Source: Bdellovibrionales bacterium (lineage in GTDB: Bacteria > Bdellovibrionota > Bdellovibrionia > Bdellovibrionales > UBA1609). Taken from it: a DNA stretch of 64,000 nt. Each line of letters starts with the position of its first letter. Within the stretch, counting starts at the first letter, position 1. Below are positions 1 through 8,465 of this stretch, piece after piece. The notes beneath the pieces are model-generated. The model made no database searches. It was not told the origin of the DNA and was given only the letters and a program-made list of their open reading frames with translations. The DNA is taken from positions 13,688-77,687 of the forward strand of contig JAHDIR010000004.1 of NCBI GenBank assembly GCA_020630675.1. Reading direction: 5' to 3'. Position numbers and translations under genes: made by a program.

Positions 1-146
1 TTAAAAACCCGATTATATCTCTTTATGCTTCAAAAGATTTTCAAAAATCGCAAAGTCAGTTCGTTGTATTTATTACGCCAATTATTAAAAGTTCAGCCAG
101 TGCTGGGGCTCAAGAAATTAAAAGAAAGTTTAGAATTAGAAACTAA
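1..146 (+). CDS. C-terminal fragment of a secretin (CpaC/RcpA-like), truncated by the window edge
   Basis: Frame 3 is open from the window edge to TAA at 144-146. The 47 codons ...KDFQKSQSQFVVFITPIIKSSASAGAQEIKRKF resemble the hydrophobic last strand and tail of Tad/T2SS secretins. It sits directly upstream of the tad ATPase. The fragment is too short for certainty. Confidence 0.4.
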   Translation, partial: KNPIISLYASKDFQKSQSQFVVFITPIIKSSASAGAQEIKRKFRIRN

Positions 147-292
147 GACTTTTGTTTGGGTGGTATTACCACCCTCCTGGGGCCGATCTAGAGGGCTTTT
201 CCTTGCTTGAGTTGCTATCAAACTTGGCCTTTGTCTCGTACAAAATACTTACCATTATGTCGATAAATAGATGTTAAACAGCGGAGGGTTTT

Positions 293-2527
293 TTGTCTAT
301 ACACCCAAATTGTAATTTAATTGCCGTTATTGGTGGAAAAGGTGGAGTTGGAAAAAGTGTATTTTCAGCAAATCTTTCTGTCACCCTTCTTCGAGAAATA
401 AGGCAGCAAACCTTATTAATAGATTTAGATAAAAATAGCTGCGGTGATCAAAACGTAATTATGGGTCTGAGACCACAAAAAGGTGTTAACGACCTATGCT
501 TATCTCGCCAAGCCATGACGGAAGAAAATATAAAATCTTTTGTGACAAAACATAATTCAGGACTGTCTTTTTTGCCAGCAGTCACTTCACCAGATCAATC
601 ATTAAATGCATCAGCAGAAGTTTTTAAAAAACAACTGTATTCACTGAGTCATTACTACAAATATATTGTTGTTGATTTAGGAACTGAAATTTCAGATTTA
701 CAGCTTTCTGTTATTGATAAATGTAATATTGTTTTATTAGTAACCAGCCCTGAAGTTTTAGTTTTAAACCAAACAAGAAAAATGATCAGTCAGCTCTCTC
801 ATCATACTGTGCCTAATAACCTAATACATGTTGTTGTCAATAAGGCCTCACGGTCTGGTATTGCTCCTCAAGCTATAATGAATAGTCTGAAAAAAAATGT
901 AGTGGGTGTTATTCCGCAAGATGAAGTTACAGCTCTGGGTGCTTTGCAACGAGCTGTCCCTTTTGTTCTATCACAGCCAAAAGCTCCGATTTCAAATGCT
1001 TATAATGAGATTGTTAGAAAATTAGCTGGCGGATTGCTGCAAAAACTTAAAGCTGTTGAACGACCACAAAAAGACGTTGAGTCGAACATAAATAATACAA
1101 CAACTGTAGATAGAGAGAGCTCTGGTTCAGAAGATGCCGAAACACTTTTAAAGTTACAAATTCACTCTCAGTTAATCAAAGAAATGGACCTCAAAAAAGA
1201 TTTAACGAATACAAAGGGTGACCAAAACAAAGAGCTTGAGCTAAGAAATAAAACACAGCAGGTCATTTCTAATATAACTGATCGATTAGCTAAAAATTTA
1301 AGTCGTGAAAGAAGATCAATGGTGATTAAAGAAGTTGTTGATGAATCATTAGGTTTAGGACCATTAGAAGAACTCTTAGCTGATAAAAGTGTAACTGAAA
1401 TTATGGTCAATGGAGCTAAGCATATCTACGCCGAAAAAAGTGGAAAGCTACAGTTATCAAAAGTTAAGTTCACATCTAATTTACAACTAAGAAATGTTAT
1501 TGAGCGTATAGTCACTCCATTGGGCCGAAGAATTGATGAAAAAAACCCCTATGTGGATGCCCGTTTAGCAGATGGCAGCCGAGTGAATGCTGTGATTGAG
1601 CCTTTGGCTATAGACGGCCCTGCTTTAACAATTAGAAAATTTCCAGAAGAAGCCGTCACGATTGAGCATATTGTTAAAAAGTTTGGATCTATGACTTCAT
1701 CAATGGCTGAATTTATTAAAATATGTGTTGAGCAAGGGTTAAATATTGTAATTTCTGGAGGAACAGGCTCTGGTAAAACAACACTCCTGAATGTGATGTC
1801 GAGCTTTATTCCCTCGAATGAACGTATTATAACTGTTGAAGATGCCGCGGAACTTCAGCTCAAGCAAGAGCATGTGGTTCGTTTAGAAACTCGTCCTAAA
1901 AATATGGAAGGTGAAGGAGAAGTGACCATTCGTCACCTTATTATGAACTCATTAAGAATGAGACCGGATCGCATCGTGGTTGGAGAGTGTCGAGATGGGG
2001 CGGCTTTGGATATGTTGTCTGCGATGAATACGGGGCATGACGGCTCAATGACAACGGTGCACGCCAATAACCCAAGAGAGGCCGTGGCTCGTTTAGAAAA
2101 CTTATGCTTAATGGCAGGAATGGAGTTACCAATGAAAGCCATTCGTGAACAGATCGCTGGAGCAGTGAATTTAATTGTTCAAATTGGTCGATTAAGTGAT
2201 GGAAGCCGTAAGGTGAAAAGCATCACTGAAGTGGTGGGTATGCAAGGTGATACAGTTACACTGCAGGAAATTTTTAGATTCAAACAAGAAGGTTTTGATA
2301 AAAATAGAAAAATAGTAGGACAGTTTCAAGCTATGGGTTTGATTCCTACGTTTATAGAAAAATTTGAGCAGCGTGGTATTTCAATTCCACGTTCACTGTT
2401 TACAACCTCAGGCAGTGGTCAAAATAATAAAAGCACAAATATGTCATCCAAAGCCAAGCCTACACGCGTGGGTTTAGCAAGGCCCGGAGCCATAGTAAAA
2501 AAGAAAAAAGTAAGTGGAGGTAATTAA
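293..2527 (+). CDS. cpaF: Fusion protein: TadZ/CpaE-like ParA-MinD ATPase domain (N) joined to a CpaF/TadA type II/IV secretion ATPase (C)
   Basis: TTG start 7 nt after GGAGGG. A deviant Walker A GGKGGVGKS lies at codons 14-22 (nt 332-358), inside a MinD/ParA-like fold of about 250 aa. A polar linker follows. The C-terminal part has the T2SSE motifs GGTGSGKTT (codons 489-497, nt 1757-1783), ...RIITVEDAAEL, GECRDGAALDMLSAMNTGHDGSMTTVHAN. Confidence 0.85.
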   Translation: MSIHPNCNLIAVIGGKGGVGKSVFSANLSVTLLREIRQQTLLIDLDKNSCGDQNVIMGLRPQKGVNDLCLSRQAMTEENIKSFVTKHNSGLSFLPAVTSPDQSLNASAEVFKKQLYSLSHYYKYIVVDLGTEISDLQLSVIDKCNIVLLVTSPEVLVLNQTRKMISQLSHHTVPNNLIHVVVNKASRSGIAPQAIMNSLKKNVVGVIPQDEVTALGALQRAVPFVLSQPKAPISNAYNEIVRKLAGGLLQKLKAVERPQKDVESNINNTTTVDRESSGSEDAETLLKLQIHSQLIKEMDLKKDLTNTKGDQNKELELRNKTQQVISNITDRLAKNLSRERRSMVIKEVVDESLGLGPLEELLADKSVTEIMVNGAKHIYAEKSGKLQLSKVKFTSNLQLRNVIERIVTPLGRRIDEKNPYVDARLADGSRVNAVIEPLAIDGPALTIRKFPEEAVTIEHIVKKFGSMTSSMAEFIKICVEQGLNIVISGGTGSGKTTLLNVMSSFIPSNERIITVEDAAELQLKQEHVVRLETRPKNMEGEGEVTIRHLIMNSLRMRPDRIVVGECRDGAALDMLSAMNTGHDGSMTTVHANNPREAVARLENLCLMAGMELPMKAIREQIAGAVNLIVQIGRLSDGSRKVKSITEVVGMQGDTVTLQEIFRFKQEGFDKNRKIVGQFQAMGLIPTFIEKFEQRGISIPRSLFTTSGSGQNNKSTNMSSKAKPTRVGLARPGAIVKKKKVSGGN

Positions 2528-3405
2528 TGAGTGCATTATTAAGTAACTCCTACTTTTTGATTCCAGTGTTTGGAATCACTGTATTTATTTTTTCATACTT
2601 TGTGTCTGATCGAATATTACAATATCTTTATCAAAAAAGTTTAGGCTCCAGAAAAGAAGTCATAGAAATTATGGACAAAATGATGGTGAATGTGGATAAA
2701 AATCGCATAACACTTATTATGTTGTTAAGTAGTTTTGGAATAGGAGTTGTTGTATTTTTGTTGTTTTGGCCCAATTTAGTTGCGGGGTTAATCTTTGGTT
2801 CAGCAGTTACTATATTTGGCTGGTCTTTACCAAAACTTATTATGACTCATTTGTGGGAAAAGAGAAATGCTCGACTGGTGGGTCAAATGGTTGATGGTTT
2901 AACGATTATGTCTAATGGAATTAAATCAGGCCTAGGCATAGCACAAACTATGGACCGTGTAACAGAGAATATTAAAGGGCCATTATCTCAAGAGTTCAGA
3001 TTGGTACTCAATAAAATGAGCTTAGGTATGTCTTTAGAAGAAGCATTAGTTGAATTAAATGATCGAGTTGATAAGCAAGATGTACAAATGTTAGTGACTT
3101 CTATAAATATTTTAAAAGAAACGGGTGGAAATTTAGGAGAAACCTTCGAAACCATTGTTTCAACAATTCGTGATCGACAAAAAATTGAGAAAAAAATTGA
3201 AGCCATGACGGCTCAAGGAGTTATGCAGGGAATAATTATGACAATGGTGCCTTTTTTACTTTTAGGCGTATTAAGTATTATCGACCCAGACTATATTGCT
3301 CCATTGTTTTCTACGGCCTTGGGATGGTTTTTCTTATTTTTAGTAGTGGTTTTACAAATTATTGGCGGATACATGATCAAAAAAGTTATCACTATCAAAG
3401 TATAA
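2527..3405 (+). CDS. tadB: Type II secretion system F-family platform protein (TadB-like)
   Basis: ATGA overlap with the ATPase gene. N-terminal TM, T2SSF-like core (GLTIMSNGIKSGLGIAQTMDRV ... LKETGGNLGETFETIVSTIRDRQKIEKKIEAMTAQG) and C-terminal TMs. Confidence 0.75.
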   Translation: MSALLSNSYFLIPVFGITVFIFSYFVSDRILQYLYQKSLGSRKEVIEIMDKMMVNVDKNRITLIMLLSSFGIGVVVFLLFWPNLVAGLIFGSAVTIFGWSLPKLIMTHLWEKRNARLVGQMVDGLTIMSNGIKSGLGIAQTMDRVTENIKGPLSQEFRLVLNKMSLGMSLEEALVELNDRVDKQDVQMLVTSINILKETGGNLGETFETIVSTIRDRQKIEKKIEAMTAQGVMQGIIMTMVPFLLLGVLSIIDPDYIAPLFSTALGWFFLFLVVVLQIIGGYMIKKVITIKV

Positions 3406-3553
3406 TAATTTATAAAATGAGTATGACCATAGTCGGGTAAAAATTCTTTTACTTAAGTTTAGATAAAGCCAAAATTTATATGAAACATAGACGAATTAGG
3501 CCTTCTGATGGGACAATTACGTAAGTAATAGTTTATTGGGAGAACGTGTACAT

Positions 3554-5218
3554 ATGAGATATTTTTGGATGATTAGCTGGCTTTTTGTATTTTATACCCC
3601 AGTTTACTCTATGGTAGATATGAAAAATGCAAACTACTCTCATACATGGACAGATATTGATAGTCTTACCCTTAAAAGAACATACAACAGTAGATCACTG
3701 CATAATGGTTTATTTGGCTTTGGCTGGTGCTCAGACTATGAAAGTATTTTGAAAGTAACCCCTGAGGGAAATTTAAAGATAGTAGTTTGCGGGGGAGGAA
3801 ATGAAGTAGAGTATGTTTCATCTTCTCATGATTTTAAATCAACTCGAAAAACAATTAAACAAATCATGTATCGATTGAAAAAATCAAAAAAATATACGAA
3901 AGCAAATTTAAAAACTATAGCTAAGCGACTAGAATACGACACTTGGGAACGAGAAAGGTATGCAAAGCTTTTTAACATAGAGAGAGATGTTAAGGTTGGA
4001 GCTAAATATATAGCCTATGGCCGCTCAAAAGAAAGCATAGTTTTAAAAGATAATGTTTTTAAAAGATCTATAGGTAATGGAAGTTATGAAAAATATAACT
4101 TAAAGGGGCAACTCACTTATATATATGATCGTAATGGAAACTATTTTAAGATAGCCTATAAAAAAGGAAAAATTTACAAAGTTTCTGACAACAACGGAAA
4201 AAGTCTAACCTTTTCTTTTGATAAAAAAAATGGAAAGGTTAAGAGTATTGCAGGGCCTAATAATGCGAAACTAGAGTATCGTTATAAAGGTGAGGACCTT
4301 GTTTACTCTAAAAATTCTTGGAAAAATTCTTACACTTACGAATATGACGATCTACACAACTTAACAAAAGTTAACTACCCGGATAAAACTAGCAAAACAT
4401 TAACATACGACAAAGATAAAGATTGGGTAACATCTTTTAAAGATAGAAAAAATTGCTTAGAAACTTATGTTTATGAAGATGATAAAAAAAATCCTCTTAA
4501 TCATTACTGGTCGCGTGTACAGAAGAAGTGTGGAAAAAAAATCACTAATAAAAGTTCTTATGAATTTGAACATAGAAAAAGGGCTGACGGCAGTCGCTAT
4601 CTTCACAGGACTGCGGCCGAGGTGAATGGAAAAAAAACAGAAGTTATTTATCATGATAAATTTGGTAAACCTATTCGTGTTAGGGCTAATAATGCCATCA
4701 CATCAATGACCTACTATGAAACGGGTGAGCTTAAAACAAAATCAGAGCCTTTTAGAACACTAGCTTTTTACTATGAAAATAAATGTCGTAAAGTCTCAAA
4801 GGTGACGAGTCGATTTTATCAACCAAAGAGAACTACAGCCTCGAACAAAGGTAAAGCTAAAAAATTAGTAAAAACTATTAATACTTCTTTTTCTTACCAG
4901 CCATTGAAGTGTAATTTAATAACGGCGATCAATTCTACAGGGCAAAAAATTAAATTAAAATATGATAAAAATGGGCGGATAGCGAGTATGATAGATCAGG
5001 CTCGAAAATCTTTAAAAATTACTTACGATTTGAAAGTGGGTAAGCCTAAATTTATTACTCGCCCTGGTATTGGAACTATACAAGTCAGCTATGACCCTTC
5101 TGGCAAGATATCTAAAGTAGAAAGCAAAGAAGGTCCTTTGGTAGCAACTCAAGTGGCAGGAATTTTTAGTAACTTACTGGAGATTATTTCACCTGCAAGT
5201 TCTGAATTAGGAATTTAA
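3554..5218 (+). CDS. Secreted YD/RHS-repeat protein with no recognisable C-terminal toxin domain
   Basis: ATG at 3554 follows GGGAGA, and the signal peptide is MRYFWMISWLFVFYTPVYS. It has the RHS-type N-terminal motif RTYNSRSLHNGLFGFGW. Many YD repeats follow (YIYDRNGNY, YEYDDLHNLTKVNYPD, LTYDKDKDW, LKYDKNGRI, VSYDPSGKI). Confidence 0.7.
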   Translation: MRYFWMISWLFVFYTPVYSMVDMKNANYSHTWTDIDSLTLKRTYNSRSLHNGLFGFGWCSDYESILKVTPEGNLKIVVCGGGNEVEYVSSSHDFKSTRKTIKQIMYRLKKSKKYTKANLKTIAKRLEYDTWERERYAKLFNIERDVKVGAKYIAYGRSKESIVLKDNVFKRSIGNGSYEKYNLKGQLTYIYDRNGNYFKIAYKKGKIYKVSDNNGKSLTFSFDKKNGKVKSIAGPNNAKLEYRYKGEDLVYSKNSWKNSYTYEYDDLHNLTKVNYPDKTSKTLTYDKDKDWVTSFKDRKNCLETYVYEDDKKNPLNHYWSRVQKKCGKKITNKSSYEFEHRKRADGSRYLHRTAAEVNGKKTEVIYHDKFGKPIRVRANNAITSMTYYETGELKTKSEPFRTLAFYYENKCRKVSKVTSRFYQPKRTTASNKGKAKKLVKTINTSFSYQPLKCNLITAINSTGQKIKLKYDKNGRIASMIDQARKSLKITYDLKVGKPKFITRPGIGTIQVSYDPSGKISKVESKEGPLVATQVAGIFSNLLEIISPASSELGI

Positions 5219-5234
5219 AAATGGGAGATTTTTT

Positions 5235-5489
5235 TTGAAAGCATTTTTTGTATTTATATTACTTGTGAATTTTTCTGTGAGCAGTTTTGCCTTTAGTTCT
5301 GATGATAAAAATTTAAGTTACGGGAATGATTCTCACTATTGTGTTCCCCATAATTCTAAGCAGCCTGATCGCTCTGAGTTTACGGTGAATTGTCCTGTCA
5401 ACAATGTGCAAAAACACCAAAGAACAGCAGCCAGAAGTGGCTCCAAGCCTGGCGCTGTTCGTTCTGGAAAAAAAGAAGTTACTCAGTAA
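5235..5489 (+). CDS. Small secreted hypothetical protein
   Basis: TTG start after GGGAGA and signal peptide MKAFFVFILLVNFSVSSFA. Two Cys and a basic tail. No family recognised. Confidence 0.4.
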   Translation: MKAFFVFILLVNFSVSSFAFSSDDKNLSYGNDSHYCVPHNSKQPDRSEFTVNCPVNNVQKHQRTAARSGSKPGAVRSGKKEVTQ

Positions 5490-6710
5490 TTATAAAAATT
5501 TGATTCCATTTGTAAAAATCCAAGGAAACCACTTGCGCCCCTCAGGAAATGGCAAGCTAATTTTTGTATAGATAAGGGCGCGGTATGTTCCAGCTTCTTT
5601 GACTAAATATTTGCTTTCAAAATTTCTGAAGGTTTCCACCACTTCACCATCTTTTACAATTTGGACTTTGAAAGGAACATTTACTTTTTCAGGCACAGAA
5701 ATTTTTAAATATGTATTTTTTTGAAGAGCTAGAGTCGATCCCATATATATTTTTTTGCGTTGTTTCTCCGCATAAAAATTAAAGCCAACCGGGCTTCCGA
5801 TCATTTCCAAGCTCATATAAAACTGCCCTTTTGATAGAGCGGAAAAAACCTTCTTTTTATCTTTTAAATAGTTACCAGTGAGTTCAGAAGGAATTAAAAT
5901 ATGGTTATTTACAATGTTAAACAAAACCTCATAGGAGGGAAATTTTAACGGAGTTTGAAAAAAATTAAATTTAGATTCAGCATCTGAGCCGGCAAAAGCT
6001 ACTCTTAACCTGGATTGGTTGAGTTGGTCCCAAATTTTAGACTCAGGTTCAGCGCGCTGGAAAAGCCGTAAAAATGCGAGCTCAGGGTTAAAGGGATAAA
6101 TTAAAAATGACCAAACAAATGTAATTTTTTTGTGAAGCCAAGAGTTTTGCCATAAAGCCTTGAGATTAATAATTTCAAGACCATCAAGCCCTTGAGGGTA
6201 GTCACCGCTCCATTGGAAGCCTTTTTTGGTAGGATGGGCTAGAATAGCCATTGGTCGCTCAGACGTTTTTTCCTGAACTAAAACTTTGCGACTTAAATGT
6301 TCACTAAGTACAGCTCCGGCTTGACCAAGATTAGTGATAGGCGTACGAGCATTTTGATTTAAATACAAAAAACGAGAATCTAGAAAACTATATTCGCCGT
6401 CAATAAAAGTTAAAACTTTATTATGGTAACCCTGCTGTTCAATAGGAATTGGAAAAGTATTTAGGTCGGTCATAAATAAAAAATCAAGCCCAGTGTTTTC
6501 AGCGGCATCAAAGACTTTTTTTAAAGAGCCAGTTCCTGAGCTTAAGTTGGAATGAACATTTAAAACCCCCCGGTAATCGTAAATTTTTTGACTTTCAGGG
6601 GAGTGGCCTATTTGCTCATCAACAATTGATATTTGGTATTGGCTTATAAACAGGCCATACAATAAATATGAGATAAAAAGGTAGAGTGCTGTGTAAAATG
6701 TTTTGTTCAT
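5490..6710 (-). CDS. Membrane-anchored hypothetical protein, possibly a PHP/CehA-like metallo-phosphoesterase fold
   Basis: N-terminal TM helix. The stretch NVHSNLSSGTGSLKKVFDAAENTGLDFLFMTDLN resembles the first PHP motif plus strand but keeps only one His. Later motifs are AHP and GSDAES. Confidence 0.35.
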   Translation of the reverse strand: MNKTFYTALYLFISYLLYGLFISQYQISIVDEQIGHSPESQKIYDYRGVLNVHSNLSSGTGSLKKVFDAAENTGLDFLFMTDLNTFPIPIEQQGYHNKVLTFIDGEYSFLDSRFLYLNQNARTPITNLGQAGAVLSEHLSRKVLVQEKTSERPMAILAHPTKKGFQWSGDYPQGLDGLEIINLKALWQNSWLHKKITFVWSFLIYPFNPELAFLRLFQRAEPESKIWDQLNQSRLRVAFAGSDAESKFNFFQTPLKFPSYEVLFNIVNNHILIPSELTGNYLKDKKKVFSALSKGQFYMSLEMIGSPVGFNFYAEKQRKKIYMGSTLALQKNTYLKISVPEKVNVPFKVQIVKDGEVVETFRNFESKYLVKEAGTYRALIYTKISLPFPEGRKWFPWIFTNGIKFL

Positions 6711-6740
6711 TTAAATTCTAACCGATGTGTTAGGAGTTTT

Positions 6741-7622
6741 TTAATAAGTACGCTCAACCTTCTTGTTATTTTTATTAAGGTTTGTTTGTAAAATCCCATT
6801 AAAAATGACGTTTACTGCGTCGGCATTTTCTGTTTCAAATAAAATTTTAGATTTAGCCTTAATGGTGTGAAAATCACCTTGTTTAAGGTGTATTTTTCTG
6901 ACGTCTTCGTCACCAATTTTAATATTTATTTGAGAATCAGATTTAGCTTCGATGATAAGCTCTTTGAGCTGTTCAGCATTTGAACCATATGTGTTTTTGG
7001 CCACTAAAGCAGCTTCGGCATTTTCTTTTTTATCAGAGGTCGGCTCTTTAATGTTGTCATTTACTATTTCTTTATTATCTAAAGTTGTCTTAGGCTGAGC
7101 ATTAGCGATGACTTTAGACTCTTCCTTATTGTCTGCATTTTTAGCATTGGACTTAGTGGGGTTGTCTTGAGAAGGCAATACAAGGTGAGCTTCTTGTTGA
7201 ATTACGGGAAGAGTGATGGCCTCATTTTGATATTTTTTAATTACATTTTTTGTAAATAAAGCAAGAGCAGTTACAACCACTAATCCAGTAACAATTAACG
7301 TTTTTGAATTAAACTGAATTTTATTAATGAAAGGAATTGTTTTCCATGTGTCTTTTTGAATAACATCAATTTGTGTTTTTGGATTGGTTGATCCAACTTC
7401 TTCAGCAAAAATAGTCATAAGCTCTTCAGCATCAACTTTTAAGTAGCGACCATAAGAAGCCACAAAACCACGAAGATAAGATTTTGAGGGAAGTTTTTTT
7501 TCATTGGCCTCTTCAATGGCTTTAAGATTAGTTTTGCTAATTTTGGTGACAAGAGCTGCCTGCTCAAGAGTGAGTTTTTGCTTTAACCTTTCTGCTTTTA
7601 ATAACTGGCCGACTTTTTTCAT
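6741..7622 (-). CDS. rodZ: Cytoskeleton/cell-shape protein RodZ
   Basis: N-terminal XRE-type HTH (LTLEQAALVTKISKTNLKAIEE...YLRGFVASYGRYL), a single TM, a low-complexity linker and a C-terminal DUF4115-like beta domain. The position downstream of a TPR lipoprotein is the conserved pilW-rodZ order. Confidence 0.8.
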   Translation of the reverse strand: MKKVGQLLKAERLKQKLTLEQAALVTKISKTNLKAIEEANEKKLPSKSYLRGFVASYGRYLKVDAEELMTIFAEEVGSTNPKTQIDVIQKDTWKTIPFINKIQFNSKTLIVTGLVVVTALALFTKNVIKKYQNEAITLPVIQQEAHLVLPSQDNPTKSNAKNADNKEESKVIANAQPKTTLDNKEIVNDNIKEPTSDKKENAEAALVAKNTYGSNAEQLKELIIEAKSDSQINIKIGDEDVRKIHLKQGDFHTIKAKSKILFETENADAVNVIFNGILQTNLNKNNKKVERTY

Positions 7623-8377
7623 TGTAGAATCTTTAAAATTTCATTGGCATCATTAAGATACTCAGTGTTGGGGTAAAGTTCTATTAGCTCATGTAGACGA
7701 GCAGAAGTCGTTTTGAGGTTATTTAATCGGTAATGACTGAGCGCGCTGTAAAAGTGTGCCGCATCTAATTTTAACTCTTCACAAAGAGCAATAGAACTGT
7801 CCAGACTTTCAGAGGCAGCTAAATAACTTTTTAACTCAAACAAAGATCGGCCGTAAAAGAAGGTGGCCAGGCAATGTTTGGGGTTTTTCTTTAAAGCGAT
7901 TTTTAATCTTTCTTCAGCAACAGCAAATTGTTCCATTTTAAAAAGTGCTAAGCCCATATTGTAATTCACTTGATCTGTGTAGGGGTATGTAAGGTCGTCC
8001 TCACAAATTCGTAAATTTTCTAAGGCTTCAGCATAAATGCCCATTTGAATTTGTACTTTGGCTAAGTTCAGTCGAGCTTCTGTGTATTCCGGAGAAAAGC
8101 TTAAGGCCTTTCTGATGTACTGTTCAGCGATAGGCAGACGATTGAGTGCAAAGTAAGTAATACCTAAATTATTTAGAGCCACCGGGTTTGTGGGGTCTAA
8201 GTCATGGGCTGAGATATACTCTTTTAAGGCACTATGGAATTTTCGGTTTTGGAAATGCGAAGACCCAATTTTAAGGTGTAAGGCTGATTTATGCTTTTGA
8301 GTTTTTGTTGTGTCTTGTTGAAGCAAGGCACAGCTCGCTAAGTTACAGGTAAAAAGCAGTAAGGTGATCCATTTCAT
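7619..8377 (-). CDS. TPR-repeat lipoprotein, PilW/PilF-like
   Basis: Lipobox LASC, several TPR units and a 4-nt overlap with rodZ. The TPR-lipoprotein-then-rodZ order is known from pilF/pilW loci. Confidence 0.5.
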   Translation of the reverse strand: MKWITLLLFTCNLASCALLQQDTTKTQKHKSALHLKIGSSHFQNRKFHSALKEYISAHDLDPTNPVALNNLGITYFALNRLPIAEQYIRKALSFSPEYTEARLNLAKVQIQMGIYAEALENLRICEDDLTYPYTDQVNYNMGLALFKMEQFAVAEERLKIALKKNPKHCLATFFYGRSLFELKSYLAASESLDSSIALCEELKLDAAHFYSALSHYRLNNLKTTSARLHELIELYPNTEYLNDANEILKILQ

Positions 8378-8465
8378 AGATAGAAATTATCATACTGAAT
8401 AGGTCTGGTTCAACAAAAGAATAGAAACAACAAGGTATATAGAAAAATTATTTAGCTATACAGGT

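Noticed and set aside
147-292. A c-di-GMP (GEMM) riboswitch upstream of the tad ATPase
   Set aside because: Only a short GGGTGGT/ACCACCC hairpin is present. None of the conserved GEMM-I or GEMM-II sequence features were visible.
3554-5218. An Rhs-type polymorphic toxin with a cognate immunity gene
   Set aside because: There is no PxxxxDPxGL core-end motif and no variable C-terminal toxin domain. The downstream 84-aa ORF carries a signal peptide, which is unlike typical cytoplasmic immunity proteins. The YD repeats are reported, but not a toxin system.
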